Below the pieces are notes generated by a model, which was not told the origin of the DNA, did not search any database, and saw only the letters and a program-made list of their open reading frames with translations. DNA of 55,133 bases, from NCBI RefSeq assembly GCF_004010195.1, contig NC_057749.1, positions 19,801,946-19,857,078 on the forward strand, given 5' to 3'. The stretch comes from Chiloscyllium plagiosum (lineage: Eukaryota). The translations under genes were made by a program, and so were the position numbers. Below, one piece after another: positions 11,641-23,490 of this stretch. Position 1 is the stretch's first letter. Every line of letters begins with the position of its first letter.

Positions 11641-11809
11641 CAGTGCCCAGGGAATCTGTGACTTTTCAACATTTATTTGGAGTGGATGGGATATTATTTT
11701 TCATGCCAGCTACTGATAGTGTGGACTTCTTTAGGGCAACTTTCATATTGATGAAACCAAAGGTAGCTCCCTTATGGACAGAATTAGGAAAGGAGCATTT
11801 TGCAGTCTC

Positions 11810-12170
11810 TTATTTTTAATTCTTTCATTGGATGTGGGCATCTCTGGCGAGCGCAGCAATTGTTTCCCATTCCGATGTGCCCTTGAACTGAATGGGTTGC
11901 TAATGCATTTCAGAGATGAGTTAATCACATTGTGGTGAGTCTGAAGTCGCAAGCAGGCCAAACCAGGTAAGGATGGCAAATCTCCCTCCCTAACGAGCAA
12001 AAGTGATGCACATAGGTTTGTTTGCAACAGGTTATGATAATTTCATGGTCATAATAAGTTTTAAGTTCCAGGTTTCATTTAAATTTCACATGTGGTCACT
12101 GTGGGATTTGAACCAGTGCCCTCAAAGCATTGGATTACTAACCTAGTAGCATTAACAATATGCCACATCT
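11810..12170 (-). mobile_element. tRNA-derived SINE (family also at ~13870-14030, 17120-17390, 26700-27035, 34030-34345, 50330-50580)
   Basis: Shared motifs ggttcaaatcccac, gttcactaatgtcctttaggga.ggaaa.ctgccatcctta and gggatgggcaataaa.gctggc...cacatccca. Confidence 0.7.
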
Positions 12171-12429
12171 CCCTGGTAGGTAGGGAGATGAGGATTGAGA
12201 ATTTTGGGATGCCAAAGCCAACACCATGGGTAGAATGGCCTCTGTCTGTGCTTAAAGATTCTATGATTCAAAATCATTTTGTTCACAAGAAGTATCTACA
12301 TTCAAGAGGAGATTTTCCCAGGTCTGAGGAAGCATGATCAGTTATCAGTCTGATTCTGTTCTTTGTTTCATTGTTGCTGGATCCAGATGATCCAGTGAGA
12401 ATCAAGCAAAGGCAATATCCATGAACTTC

Positions 12430-13080
12430 TTAAGCTTAACTGTAAACAAATTCTGTTGCCTTGTCACCGCTGTGCTCACTGACCTACAGTGTTTGCTAGT
12501 CAAGTTTGCTGTGACCTGAACATTCTCAACCCTGTTTTAGGGAGATGAAGAGAAATTATTTCTTTGAGAGTCACTGTCTGTGAAATCCTGTTCCTGGAGC
12601 ACAGTGGTGGCTGAGCCTTTGAATATTTTTAAAATCGAATGAGAAATATTATTTTTTGACAAGGCAGTCAAAGGGTATGGCAGTAGACAGAAGAGTAGAG
12701 GTCACAGCCAGGTGCTTCTGCTCCTAATGCATGTTCTTATTTTTTTCAAATGTTTCCATGACCTTGTGCCACCTTATTTCTAGCCCCAGAACTCTCTGAG
12801 CTACCTATAGTCCTGCAATTCTGGCTTCTTGTGGATGCCTAATTGTAGTTACTTCACCATTAGCGACCAAACCTCCGGCTGCCTGGGCCACAAATTCTGG
12901 AATGCCCTCCCTATACCTCTTTACGCTTCAACCTCACTCACTTTCCTGCTTTGATAACCTCCCTAAAATCTACCATTTGAACCAAGCTTTTGGCTACCTG
13001 ACAATATTATCAAACGTGTTTTACAGCGCTCCTGTGAAATGTCTTGGGATGTTTCATTAAGTTAAAGATGCAATATATAT
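12430..13080 (+). mobile_element. L2-like 3' fragment interrupted by a CR1 fragment
   Basis: L2-type tail (gctcactgacctaca..., ctggaatgccctcccta, gaccaagcttttgg, ctcctgtgaaatgtcttgggatgttt) with a CR1 3' piece at ~12540-12740. Confidence 0.5.
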
Positions 13081-13495
13081 TGAAGTTGTTACTGAAAACA
13101 AAAAGATGTTGGAGATCACAGCAGGTCAAGCAGCATCCGTGGAGAGAAAACAACCCTTCCTTGTTGTTAACTGTCCTCTCTCATGGCTATGATACTCTTT
13201 CAATTCTTATAAGTTGAGGAATCAGTCTGTCCATGGGACTTTGACATTTGAGATTTTGTCAAGATTCTCCAAAGTTGACAGACTTTGCCTATTCCTTCTG
13301 GCTGGAACAATGGTTTACACTTATATAGCATCTTTAAAGGAACATAATTAGGTCAAAATGTCAATTTATACCATTTTTCTAGAAGTTTGGTAAAGTTACT
13401 TGTTTTAGATGGTTATTTCCAATGGCATTGATCATAGCAGAGTATGTTTTCCGTCAGAGAATGGGAAGTTTCAGATATGGTTAAGTCGACCTGCC

Positions 13496-13760
13496 GAAGA
13501 ACGGTGGCTCAGTGGTTAGCACGGCTGCCTCACAGCACTTAGGTCCCAGGTTTGATTCCAGCCTCAGGTGAATGTCTGTGTAGAGTTTGCACATTCTCCC
13601 TGTGTCTGCGTGAATTTTCTCCGGGTGCTCCGGTTTCCTCCCGCAGGCCAGGTCAGTTGGCCATGTTAAATTGCCCATAGTGTTAGGTGCATTAGTCTTT
13701 GGAGGGTCGGTTTGGGCTGAAGGGCCTGTTTCCACATTGTAGTGAATCTAATCTAGTCTA
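13496..13760 (+). mobile_element. HE1-type V-SINE (internally deleted)
   Basis: acggtggctcagtggttagcac head, V-domain and aatcta tail. Confidence 0.9.
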
Positions 13761-14084
13761 AACCTGTATCCCCAGCTGTTGTGTGAATATTTGTATCTGC
13801 AAAGGTGTCACAGTAAGGTGATGCCTGCATCAGGAATATGTGTGGTGTATATTTTTAAAATCCACTTGTGGAAACTAGACATCACTGGCAAAGCCAATAT
13901 TTAATGCCATCCCTTGGTGTCCTTGAGAAGTAGGTGCTGAGCCACCTTCTGAATGAATGGGAATTTCTGGAATTTTGTCCCAGTGATAGTGAAGGAACAA
14001 CGTAGATATTCCCAAGTCAGTAATAATGTCTCTGAACATGTTGATTAAGAAATATAGAAATATCAGTAAAGCAAACCCACTGCC

Positions 14085-15060
14085 TGTAACAGGCTTTGCA
14101 TGTGAATATTTAATTGGCGACATGGGTGATTTACTGGTAGTTCATCATAGAATCCCTACAGTGCGGAAGCAGGTTATTTAGCCCAACAAGTCAACACAGA
14201 CCCTCTGAAGAGTACTTCACCCAGATCCATTCTAGAAACCAATATTTCCTGTGACTAATGCACCTAACCTACACATCCCTGGACACTATGGGAAATTTAG
14301 CACAGCCAATTCACCTGAACCTGCACATCTTTGGACTGTGGGAGGAAACTGGAGAACCCGGAGGAAACCCACGCAGACACGGGGAGAATGTACAAACTCC
14401 GCACAGATAGTCGCCCAAGGCTGGAATCAAACCTGGGTCCCTGTGAGGCAGCAGTGCCAACCACTGAGCACTGGTGTGGTGGTTAGTAATTTAAAAAATA
14501 GTCGTGGTGAGTTTGGTTATGTATGATAACACCTCTGGATATATAAAAAAGAGCAGACCCAGGAACACATGATGTCCAATACTCTCAATGTCTCTAGAGA
14601 GATGTGGGCACTGCAGAGTGTGGAATCCTTTATTTCCCCCTCTATTTCCATTTTTATTTAGCCCCTTTCTGTTCTCCATACCTCCCCCTCACCTTTTGAT
14701 AGTTTGCATTGCCCACAACGGGCTTTGCATGTAAATATTCAGTTGGCCAAACAGATGATTTACCGGTGGCGGTTAATAGATGATGAACAAAAAAGAAATG
14801 CTATTGTGATTTGGTGATGAGAAAAAAAGACATTTAGTGTGTGTAAGAGCATTTTTGGCTATGTAAGAAAAGCAGACCCATCCTTTCCAACTCCATTTTG
14901 ATTTAGCTCCTTTCCGCTCTCCCTACCTCTCCCTCCCCTTTGCATTGTCTTTAATGGACTTTGCACGTAATTATTCAACTGGAAGCATGAGTGATTTACT
15001 GATGGTGGTTACAAGATGAAAAAAATACTACAATGATTTGGTAATGGGGAAAAGAATAAA
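14085..15060. repeat. Degenerate ~235-290 bp tandem repeat (about 2.5 units), first unit split by an HE1 SINE
   Basis: Recurring g(g/a)ctttgca(t/c)gt.a.tatt.a..tgg....a...tgatttac.g.tg at ~14092, ~14721 and ~14956, and agcagaccca...tccatttt.atttagc.ccttt twice. Confidence 0.75.
14143..14472 (-). mobile_element. HE1-type V-SINE
   Basis: Reverse complement of the HE1 consensus seen elsewhere in the window. Confidence 0.9.
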
Positions 15061-15189
15061 GCAGAGTCCTGCACCTGAATGCCTGAGTTCAAGATAAAAA
15101 TAAGGTCTTTGTCACAGGCTGGGATTAGCCTGTGTACTCCACGAGTAGTGGCTCTATCTTGGTGTTCAACAATAAATGATTTCCCTTTC

Positions 15190-15945
15190 CAGTCGGGCTT
15201 ACTGAGTTATTACAGAAGGCAAATGCAATGTTAGGATTCATTTTGAGAGGGATAGAATACAAGATTAGGGATGTTCTGCTGAAGTTGTATGAAACTGTGA
15301 TCAGATTGTATTTGGAATATTGTGGGCAGTTTTGGAAATCAGTATTTAAAGAAGGATGTGCTGGCCTTGGGGGAAGTCAAGAAAAGGTTCACAGAATGAT
15401 CCTGGGAATGAAGAACTTGTCATATGAGCAGCAGTTGAGGACTCAGGGTCTGTACTCAATAGAGTTTAGAAGAAAGATGAGAGAGGTCTCATTGAAACTT
15501 AGTGAGATGCCTGGATAATGAATGTGGAGAAGATGCTTCCACTTGTAGATGAGTCTAGGACCCAAGGGCATAATTTGAGTGAGTTGAAACTTTATTGCTG
15601 GAACAGCACAGCAGGTCAGGCAGCATCCAGGGAACAGGAGATTCGACGTTTCGGGCACAGGCCCCATAATTTGAGTGAAGGGATGACCGTTTAGAACTAA
15701 GATGAGAAGGAATTTGTTCAGCCAGAAGGTGGTTAATCTGTAGAGCTCATTGCTGAAAATGCTGTGGAAACCAAGTCATTGAGTGTCTTTAAGACAGAGA
15801 TTGATGGGCCTTTGATTAGTAAGGGGATCAAGGGTCATGGGAGAAGGCAAGAGAATGGAGTTAAGAAACATATCAGCCATGATCAAATGGTGGAACAGAT
15901 CTGATTGACCGAATTGCCTAATACTGCTCCTTTATATTATGGTCT
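15190..15945 (+). mobile_element. CR1 3' fragment containing an 82-bp Penelope pLTR insertion (15583-15664)
   Basis: ORF MLGFILRGIEYK.RDVLLKLY...LEYC.QFW. The insertion is flanked by a 14-bp TSD cataatttgagtga. Confidence 0.88.
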
Positions 15946-17654
15946 AATTAATCCATAAGCAGCAAATTCAGGGTCTCTTCTTGTCACATCAATGCTGGAG
16001 AAGACTGCCTGCTGAATCTTGTTGACCTTACTGTGGGTTTGATGCATTTGGGGAAGTGAATGGGACTCTTCTGCTGAGACAGCTGTTGTCCATGGAGGTG
16101 ACCCCTCATCAGGATAGTCATCTCCATGGCAGCACTCGACCCCTGCCTTAATCAACACATGCCTCACCAGGGCCTACCTAAATTGCCCTAATGATCCTTG
16201 ACCTTGGGGGATAGCAAAAGCAGTTGTATTGATTCTTATGATGCAAATTAAATAAATTCCTTTCAGAAACTAATCATTGGGATATAGTGTGTGAACAAAT
16301 TGAGACATGATGTTTAGTGAACAGGCCTCTTTGGATCAATGGTTCCCAAATCAGAAGGTCTTGTGATCCACAAGGTAGTCTCCCTTTCTCTGAGCCGGAA
16401 GCTCAGGGTTTGAACCTGATTCCAGGGCTTGATAGCCAAGGAAGATGCATTCATAATGTGGCTGATTCTCAACCTACAAAAGTCCTTTTAATATACCAAT
16501 GGTAGGTGATAAGAGCAGGAAAGTTGCCTGGTCAGCCAGAACCATGTGGTATCTGCAGCTAAAGTTAAATGATTCTATGTGCAATGGGCTCAGCAGCAAC
16601 CATTCTCCTCATTTCAGGGGACTTCCAAAAGGAAAAGGCTTCCAAAGCTCTCCCCTGCACGATTCCCTCATCTCATGTCTGGAACTATTTACGTCTCACT
16701 AATAGAGAATGATTGCTTTTATTAAGTAGGAGCTCCAACATCATTATAAAGTGGGCAAACTGTCTGTTATAATGTGAACAAAATCGATGTTTCTGCTCAT
16801 TGACCTGATTTCAGCTGGAACACCAAAAAGCCAATGAATACTGAAGATAAAATTCTGGAGGAATTAGCTGAAGTCACCATCACAAGGGAGCCAATCACAG
16901 CACAAGACAATTCGCTTCTCTCCATTTCAAATATGTACATACATGTTGTACTGTAAGGTTATTTATCCTGAAGGTGTTGTCAGCACTGATTGCTGAAACA
17001 GAACCATCCAACATATCAACAGAAGTATGGGGGGATTCATGGGAGGGGATGGAGAAACATAATTCCTTCAAAGAATCCTTTGAAAATATTCTGAAGAGGA
17101 GTTTTGTTTTGTTTTTCCTTAGTGGGGTGTGGCTGGTTGCTGACAAGACCAGCATTTGATGACCATCTCTAATTGCAATTGAAAGAAGTGGCAGTCAAGA
17201 GTCAATAATATTGCTGTGGGTCTAAAGTCAGACCGGATAAGGATCACAGACTTAATTTCTTAACAAAACTAGTTTTCAATTCCAGATTTTATTAAGTGAA
17301 TTTAAATTTCACCAGCTGCTGTGGTGTGATTTGAAGCCAGAGGAATAGCCTGTGCCTCTGGATTACTAGGACCAGTGATTTTGCCACATCTTCTGAGATT
17401 ACCAAATGTTCCCTGAGTTGGCACTAAATTAACAGGACTTATTTCTTACTCTCCAGTGAGTAGATTCCTATACTGTTCTGAGCTGTTCAGTAAATATTCA
17501 ATTACTATGAGATAAGTTTCACTCTGACATGCAAGTTTTTGCCCTGGCACAGACTCATGTTATTTTAACATGGCAGTAACTGCAGCAGTATTCCTGTTGT
17601 GAGCCTTAAACCGTCACAATCCCTCAGTAAACGGTGGAAAAGAAGGAGCAGGCC

Positions 17655-18325
17655 TGTTGAGCAGGGAAAGGTTGTGGTTGGCCATTGCCCTTCATGGCTT
17701 TATATACCTCTATAAGGTCAGCCCTCAGCCTCTGACGCTCCAGGGAAAACAGCATCTCCCTATAGCTGAAATCCTTCAACCCTGGCAACATCTTTGTAAA
17801 TCTTTTCTGAATGCTTTCAAGTTTCACAACATCCTTCTGATGGGAGGGAGACCAGAATTGCACACAATATTCCAAAAGTGGCTTCACCAGTGCCCTGTAC
17901 AGCTGCAACATGACCTCCCAACTCCTATGGCGAAAGTGAGCACCGCAGATGCTGGAGATCAGAGTCAAGAGTAGAGTGGTGCTGGAAAAGCACAGCAGAT
18001 CAGACAGCATCTGGGAAGCAAGAAAATCGACTTTTGGGCAAAAACCCTTCATCAGGAATGAGGCAGGGAGCCTCCAGGGTGGAGAGATAAATGAGGGCGG
18101 GGTGGATGGGGCTGGGGCTCGGACTCCCAGTTGGGGCTCCCAACTTCTGTACTCTGACCAATATAGGAAAGCATACCAAATGCCTTCTTCACTATCCTAC
18201 CTACCTGCGACTCCACTTTCAAGGAACTATGAACCTGCACCCCAAGGTCTCTTTGTTCAGCAACACTCCCCAGGATCTTACCGTTAAGTGTATAAGTCCT
18301 ACCCTGATTTACCTTTCCAAAATCT
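17655..18325 (-). mobile_element. CR1 fragment with a Penelope pLTR insertion (17929-18136)
   Basis: VMLQLYRALVKPLLEYCVQFWSP and EQRDLGVQVHSSLKVESQV. The insertion is flanked by an imperfect 14-bp duplication ctcccaact(c/t)ct(a/g)t. Confidence 0.88.
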
Positions 18326-18329
18326 TGGA

Positions 18330-18600
18330 GATTTGTGGAGTCAGAGGAGATGACAGAGCTAGATAAGGGTGAAGTCATAGAGGGTTTTGAAGATAAGGAT
18401 GATATTTTAGATGCAAGGTGTGTATTGACCTGGATTCAATGTATGTATGAGGGGAACAGGGCTCAGTCAAGTTAGGGCTTGAGCAACAGTCTCCTGCATG
18501 ATCTTAAGTTTTTGGAGGATAGAATGTAGGAGATCAGCATGGAGTGTGTTGGAACAGTCAAGTCTGGAGGTAACAAAGGCATGAAATCTGATGTGAAACG
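18330..18600 (-). mobile_element. L2 LINE ORF2 C-terminal fragment
   Basis: HAFVTSRLDCSN.L..DL....LQKL..MQ...A..LT is the typical L2 motif. Confidence 0.75.
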
Positions 18601-18627
18601 TTTTGGAGCCAACTGAACTAGATGGAA

Positions 18628-18870
18628 TTCGAAACAAAAACAGAAACTTGCTGGATGACACCTAGCAGGTCTAGCCACATCTGTGGAAGAAGAAACAGAA
18701 TTAATATTTTGAATCCGGTATGAATTGTGTTTCAAAGGAGAGTCCTGCTGGGATACAACATGTTTACTCTGTTTCTCTCTCCACAGGTAATGACGGACCT
18801 GCTGAGTTTCTCTAGCATTCTGTGTTTGTTTCAGATTTCTAGTATCTGCAGTACTTCATTTTTGTGTTAG
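18628..18870. mobile_element. Penelope-associated fold-back element (gccagacctgct family), diverged
   Basis: Inverted arms aaacaaaaacagaa..tgctgga...agcaggtct...tgtgga / tccaca...gacctgct...ctagca.tctgtgtttgtttc. Confidence 0.65.
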
Positions 18871-18967
18871 ATTAGGATTTAGTTTGAAGTACAACTGATC
18901 TTGTCATCATAGTCGTAGCTCAATTTTTTTATCTCATTGCACTTTGTTTTCCCACTTGCTGTCATAG

Positions 18968-18991
18968 AACAACTGTTAAATCCCAGCGCTG
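18968..18991 (+). CDS. ap3b2: Candidate alternatively spliced 24-nt microexon of ap3b2 (adds EQLLNPSA)
   Basis: Pyrimidine tract plus ttgctgtcatag| acceptor and CTG|gtgagt donor. It is 24 nt, phase 1-1 and stop-free in the ap3b2 frame, and lies in non-repetitive sequence. Confidence 0.65.
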
Positions 18992-20515
18992 GTGAGTAGA
19001 TGCACAAAAAGGGCTCAGCGTGTCACCATGTGGATGTAAATCCTGCTGCACATTGTTTCTTGTCCTGCCGCGGCTGTGTTTGTCTGTATTGTCCGTGCTT
19101 TAGCGTGGTAGAGCATCACCTGATCCATGTTTACACTCTTTTGAGAGTCTTCTTTTGTCCGAGTCCAGTGGTGCTTAGTAAACATCCCTCCCCTTCTTCT
19201 TCTGGTTTAGCCTTTGCTCTGGGATTCAGCGGTAACTTTGTTTCTGCATTATGGGAACATTGCAATGCTTGTGCATGTGTTACCATGAGGAAAATGATGC
19301 ATGGCTGTTTGGCTGTTCACACTTCCCAGGTGTAAAGGCAGTCCAGCAACATGAACACAATATGGGAGGCAAAAGGAAAGTATATTGAATATCCCATCAG
19401 CTAGGAAAGGTTCCTAAGGAAAGCAGGTCACCATTTTCACTTTTGCTGTTTCACTTCTATTTTTGGCATCATTCAATTGAATAGCATAACAGGGCTGACT
19501 GGCCTTTTTTTTGACCCCTCTGATCCCCTTCAGAATCATATGATTCACCATACCCATTTCTTTTTTGCCATCTGAAGTCAGATTCTCTCAAACCAAGAAA
19601 AATACAGTGCCAATCCATCAGCTAACTACATTGGTCAGCAGGACTTGACCCAACGGTTACCGGTACAGAAACAAGTGACTACAGTTATGAGATTTCAAAG
19701 ACTGCTCTAGTGCTCAGCCATTGATTCTGTCTCCATCACATGGTTCAGCCAGATGTGATCAGAGGTGAGGGAGTAGTGGCATAGTCAGGTGAAAGGCCTA
19801 GCATTGAGTAATGGATCACAGTCTGAGGCCTGTGGGCTTACTCCCTGGCAAGCCACAGAGGAGGGTGGTTGGCCATGGGAAAGGAAAATCAAGAAGCTGC
19901 AAAGACACAGATCCAATCCCTGGAAGCTACTATCATGCACCTTGCATAGGTGGCATCCAACATTGAGGGTCTCCAAACCATTTCTCTGTCCCATTTCCCA
20001 AGTAGCAGGGCTGTATAACCATTCACTCGGCAGGAAGACTAGTCAAACACATCAAATAAGATCACCTCTTCTGCCCAAAATTGAAAGCAAGAGATTTCCT
20101 GTGTTGCTTTGTTGAAAACCAGGTGCTGTTTGAACTTGGATCTGATCAAGATTCCTATTCTTCATAGTGCAACAGCATTACCACACTAGTTCTTTACAAC
20201 ACTTCCACAGCTAAAGAAGCTTTTCTTGAGAATAACTAGATCATGGTGATTCCCAATCCTGGTTATATTATCAGCTAAGGAATTATACATGACGTGACAG
20301 GTTGAGAAAGAGAGTAGGGGAGACCATGTACATGTCAAAGCAAATGGCCCCTCGATCATTAAGTGTATGGCAAGGAGTTTCAGCTTCATCCAGAACTGCC
20401 TTGAATTTCATTAATTTTGCTTCCTCACAGGGAAATCATCAGTGTTTTGTTCAGAAATGTGTAGGGTAGAGAGACATTCTAAATCTGGTCTAACCTATCT
20501 CTGTCTGTGTCTTAG

Positions 20516-20654
20516 GAAAATTGATGGGAATGAATGAAATCAAGGAGAAACTGACCCTCCCAGAGAAATGCCGGAATGACCAAGCCATTGTCCAGAAGGT
20601 GCTTTCTACAGCCAATCTTGGGCGGGTGCCATGTGGACTGGACAATGAGTATAG
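20516..20654 (+). CDS. ap3b2: ap3b2 coding exon (139 nt; [47 protein letters not shown])
   Basis: Acceptor ctgtgtcttag| and donor AG|gtaaat. Contains the KLMGMNEI and ANLGRVPCG motifs typical of AP3B2. Confidence 0.96.
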
Positions 20655-22027
20655 GTAAATGGAGAGGCCTGGATTGATGAAATATTTCTCCAAGTAAATT
20701 ATTTTAAGTGGACTGAGAGATAATTATTGTCAAATTTAAGATTATCATATCAATTTCTACTGAGGAGATCAGTATACCATTTGGTTGCTACATCATTTTT
20801 GATTGGACATGACGTTGCCATGGAAAAACAGCAGCAAACCAATGTTATTTGTTCAGAGAATGCAAATTCCCAAAAACAATGACAGTCAATTCATTGAGTT
20901 TAGTGACTAGTCCACCACTTAGTCTGTAGAGGGGCACTCTATGGTAATGTGCAGGATTGTTTGCTTTTCTCCACAAGTGCAGGAGGGGTTTGTACTGATG
21001 GCACAGTAGTGGAAGTTGTCTGTGCATGAGCTCTGGCTTTCCCTGAACCCATTTAGCAAGGCCCACTCTCACCATGGTAGTTCAATGCCTGCTCTTTAAC
21101 AGCTGGAGCTTGCTGCAAGGAACTTGTTAATGATGTTCCACGTTACCCATTCCTTGATGCAGACTGTCAGCTGGTGGATCTTATTCAGGAGAGTTGCTCT
21201 ATTTGGGATGCTAAGATGGAAAATGAGTAGGTTGAATAAATCTCCTTGGAGTTGTAAGGATTTGCAGCATGCTTGGTTTCAGCCTCTGGGTTTTTGTCAG
21301 TCAGCAGATGTATGGGGTGTATAGTTGCCAAGAAGCCAGGGATGTGTGGGTAGTGGGTTCCAGTTACTTTGCACAGTGTTGCACTCGGTTGAATATTAAC
21401 AAGATGCATATGTGTGTGATTACCTTTGCTGGACAAATGCACAGTACTCTTTCTGCAGGTTATGTTGCAACAACCAAACAGCACCCTTTTCTCATGGAAC
21501 CCCGTAATTGTTCATGAGCATTTCAAGTTTGGTATTCTTGCATTTGTCCTGATATGTGCAAGAAGAAAAGTTTAAGCAAACTGCCTCTCTTTTGGCAACA
21601 TGAGAGTTTTGTGTTGCCAAGAAACTGGAGAGAAGTATAGTCTTGCTCTCTATCACAGCACTGGCATAGTTATGGTCTACCTAAGTTCAGGTAGTCCTCA
21701 ATAACATTGTGGTTCCTTTTCTGAGCATTGCAGCTTTAAGTGAATCATGGATTCCCATAGGAATTAGTGTTTTAGTCAGAGTTAGATTCCTTTGGACATA
21801 TTCTTGCCCAGAAAAACCAATTCACAAATTGAAATATAGTACTGTGCCTGTGCAGCATTGTGCATTCCTAGCAGTGATAACTTGCAGAATAAAATAAATA
21901 CAGAATATAACAAAAACACTATAAAATTTACATTTATTTGAAAAGTTTATCCAAAGTTTGAGTAGACAGGAGGATGAATTTGTTACCAAGGGTGCAATTC
22001 TGTACCAAAGCTATTTGAATATTCACT

Positions 22028-22410
22028 CACAGAAAACATAAACTAGGAGCAGGGGAGGACATTCAGCTCTTCAAGTCTGCTCCGCCATTCATTATGATCA
22101 CGGCTGAATATCCAATTCAATAGCCTTTTCTTGTTCCCCCCCTCCCTGCCCATATCCTTTGATCTATTTAACCCTAAGAACTATATCTAACTCCTTCTTG
22201 AAATCAAACAATGATTTGGGCTCAACTGCTTCTTGTGGTAACATATTCCACAGGCTCACCACTCACTTTATGAAGAAAGTTCTCCTCATCTCAGTCCTAA
22301 ATGCTTTACTCTGTATCCTTGCATTGTGATTCCTAGTTCTGAACCACCACCCCCACCCCTACCCCTTTCATAGGCTTCATGAGTTCCCCCTCATTCTTCT
22401 AAACTCTGAT
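22028..22410 (-). mobile_element. CR1 3' fragment
   Basis: CR1-type 3' end (aggagcagg...cattcagctcttcaagtctgctccgccattc...ttcctcatctcagtcctaaa). Confidence 0.75.
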
Positions 22411-22411
22411 G

Positions 22412-22840
22412 AATCATAGAATTCCTACAGTGTAGAAACAGGCCCTTTGGCCCAACAAGTCCCCTCCAAAGAGTAACCCACCCAGACCCATTCCCCTACC
22501 CTACAATCATAGAATTCCTACAGTGTAGAAACTGGCCCAACAAGTCCACACTGACCCTCCAAAGAGTAACCCACCCAGACCCATTCCCCTACCCTACATT
22601 ACCCCTTGCTAATGCATCTAACCTACACATCCCTGAACACTATGGGCAATTTAGCATGGGCATTTCACCTAACCTGCACATCTTTAGAGTGTAGGAGGAA
22701 ACTGGAGCACCCGGAGGAAACCCACAAATACATGGGGAGAATGTGCAAACTCCGCATAGACAATCGCCCAAGGGTGGAATCAAACCCAGGTCCCAGGCGC
22801 TGTGAGGCAACAGTGCTAACCACTGAGTCACCATGCCGTC
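22412..22840 (-). mobile_element. HE1-type V-SINE with a tandemly duplicated 3' tail (~94 bp)
   Basis: aatcatagaattcctacagtgtagaaac...ccattcccctaccctaca occurs twice (22412-22505 and 22506-22598) before the SINE body. Confidence 0.88.
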
Positions 22841-22859
22841 CTATGTCCTTATCTATGTT

Positions 22860-23490
22860 GTTTGTAACAATGTGTACCACTGACTAGTGACTGTGCAGTC
22901 TCCCCACCAGAATTTCCTGTAGCTGCTCTGAGACATCCTTGACCCTAGTACCAGGGAAGCAATGTACCATCCTTAAGTCTCGTTTGTATCCACAGAATCG
23001 TCCGTCTATCCTTTTCTAACTGAATCCACTTTATCTATTGCATTCCCACACCTTTTAGCTTTCCCTTGTGCAGCAGAGCCAACTGTAGTGGAATGATATT
23101 TTGCTTGTTGCTGCTTTCCCCTGTAAGGCCAGCCCCTTCAATAGTGTCCAAAGTGTTCTGTTTTGTAGGTGAATAGCCACAGGAGATTCCTGCACTGCTG
23201 CTTAGTCTTCTTGTTCTGCCTGATGATCACCCATTCCCTTACAGCCTGTGGAGGCTTAGCTTGCAGTGTGACTATCTCTCTGTACATGATATTGATGAGA
23301 TTCTCAGCTTTGTGGATGGCCCACAGCAGCCCCAGTTGCTGCTCCATGCCTGAAACCTGGACTTTCAAGAGCTGCATCTGGAGATACATCCTGCACAAAT
23401 GCTGACCCCGGGCACTAGAAATGTTCCTGGCTTCGCACAGGGAACAGGAAGAACACAACACAAATTTGAGCTCTCCAACTGTGACTTACC
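22860..23490 (-). mobile_element. CR1 ORF1 remnant (zinc finger/leucine zipper and esterase start)
   Basis: ORF CSSC.LCE......HLCR..LQ.QLL...V..MEQQL..L..I..AE..I..MYREIVT resembles CR1 ORF1. Confidence 0.75.

Noticed and set aside
12386..12415. Possible second microexon after ttgctggatccag
   Set aside because: No GT donor, only a poor GC-type site, and 25 nt would shift the frame.
20760..22010. Possible ancient element or hidden exon in the last ap3b2 intron
   Set aside because: No recognisable protein motif, termini or convincing splice-site pair.
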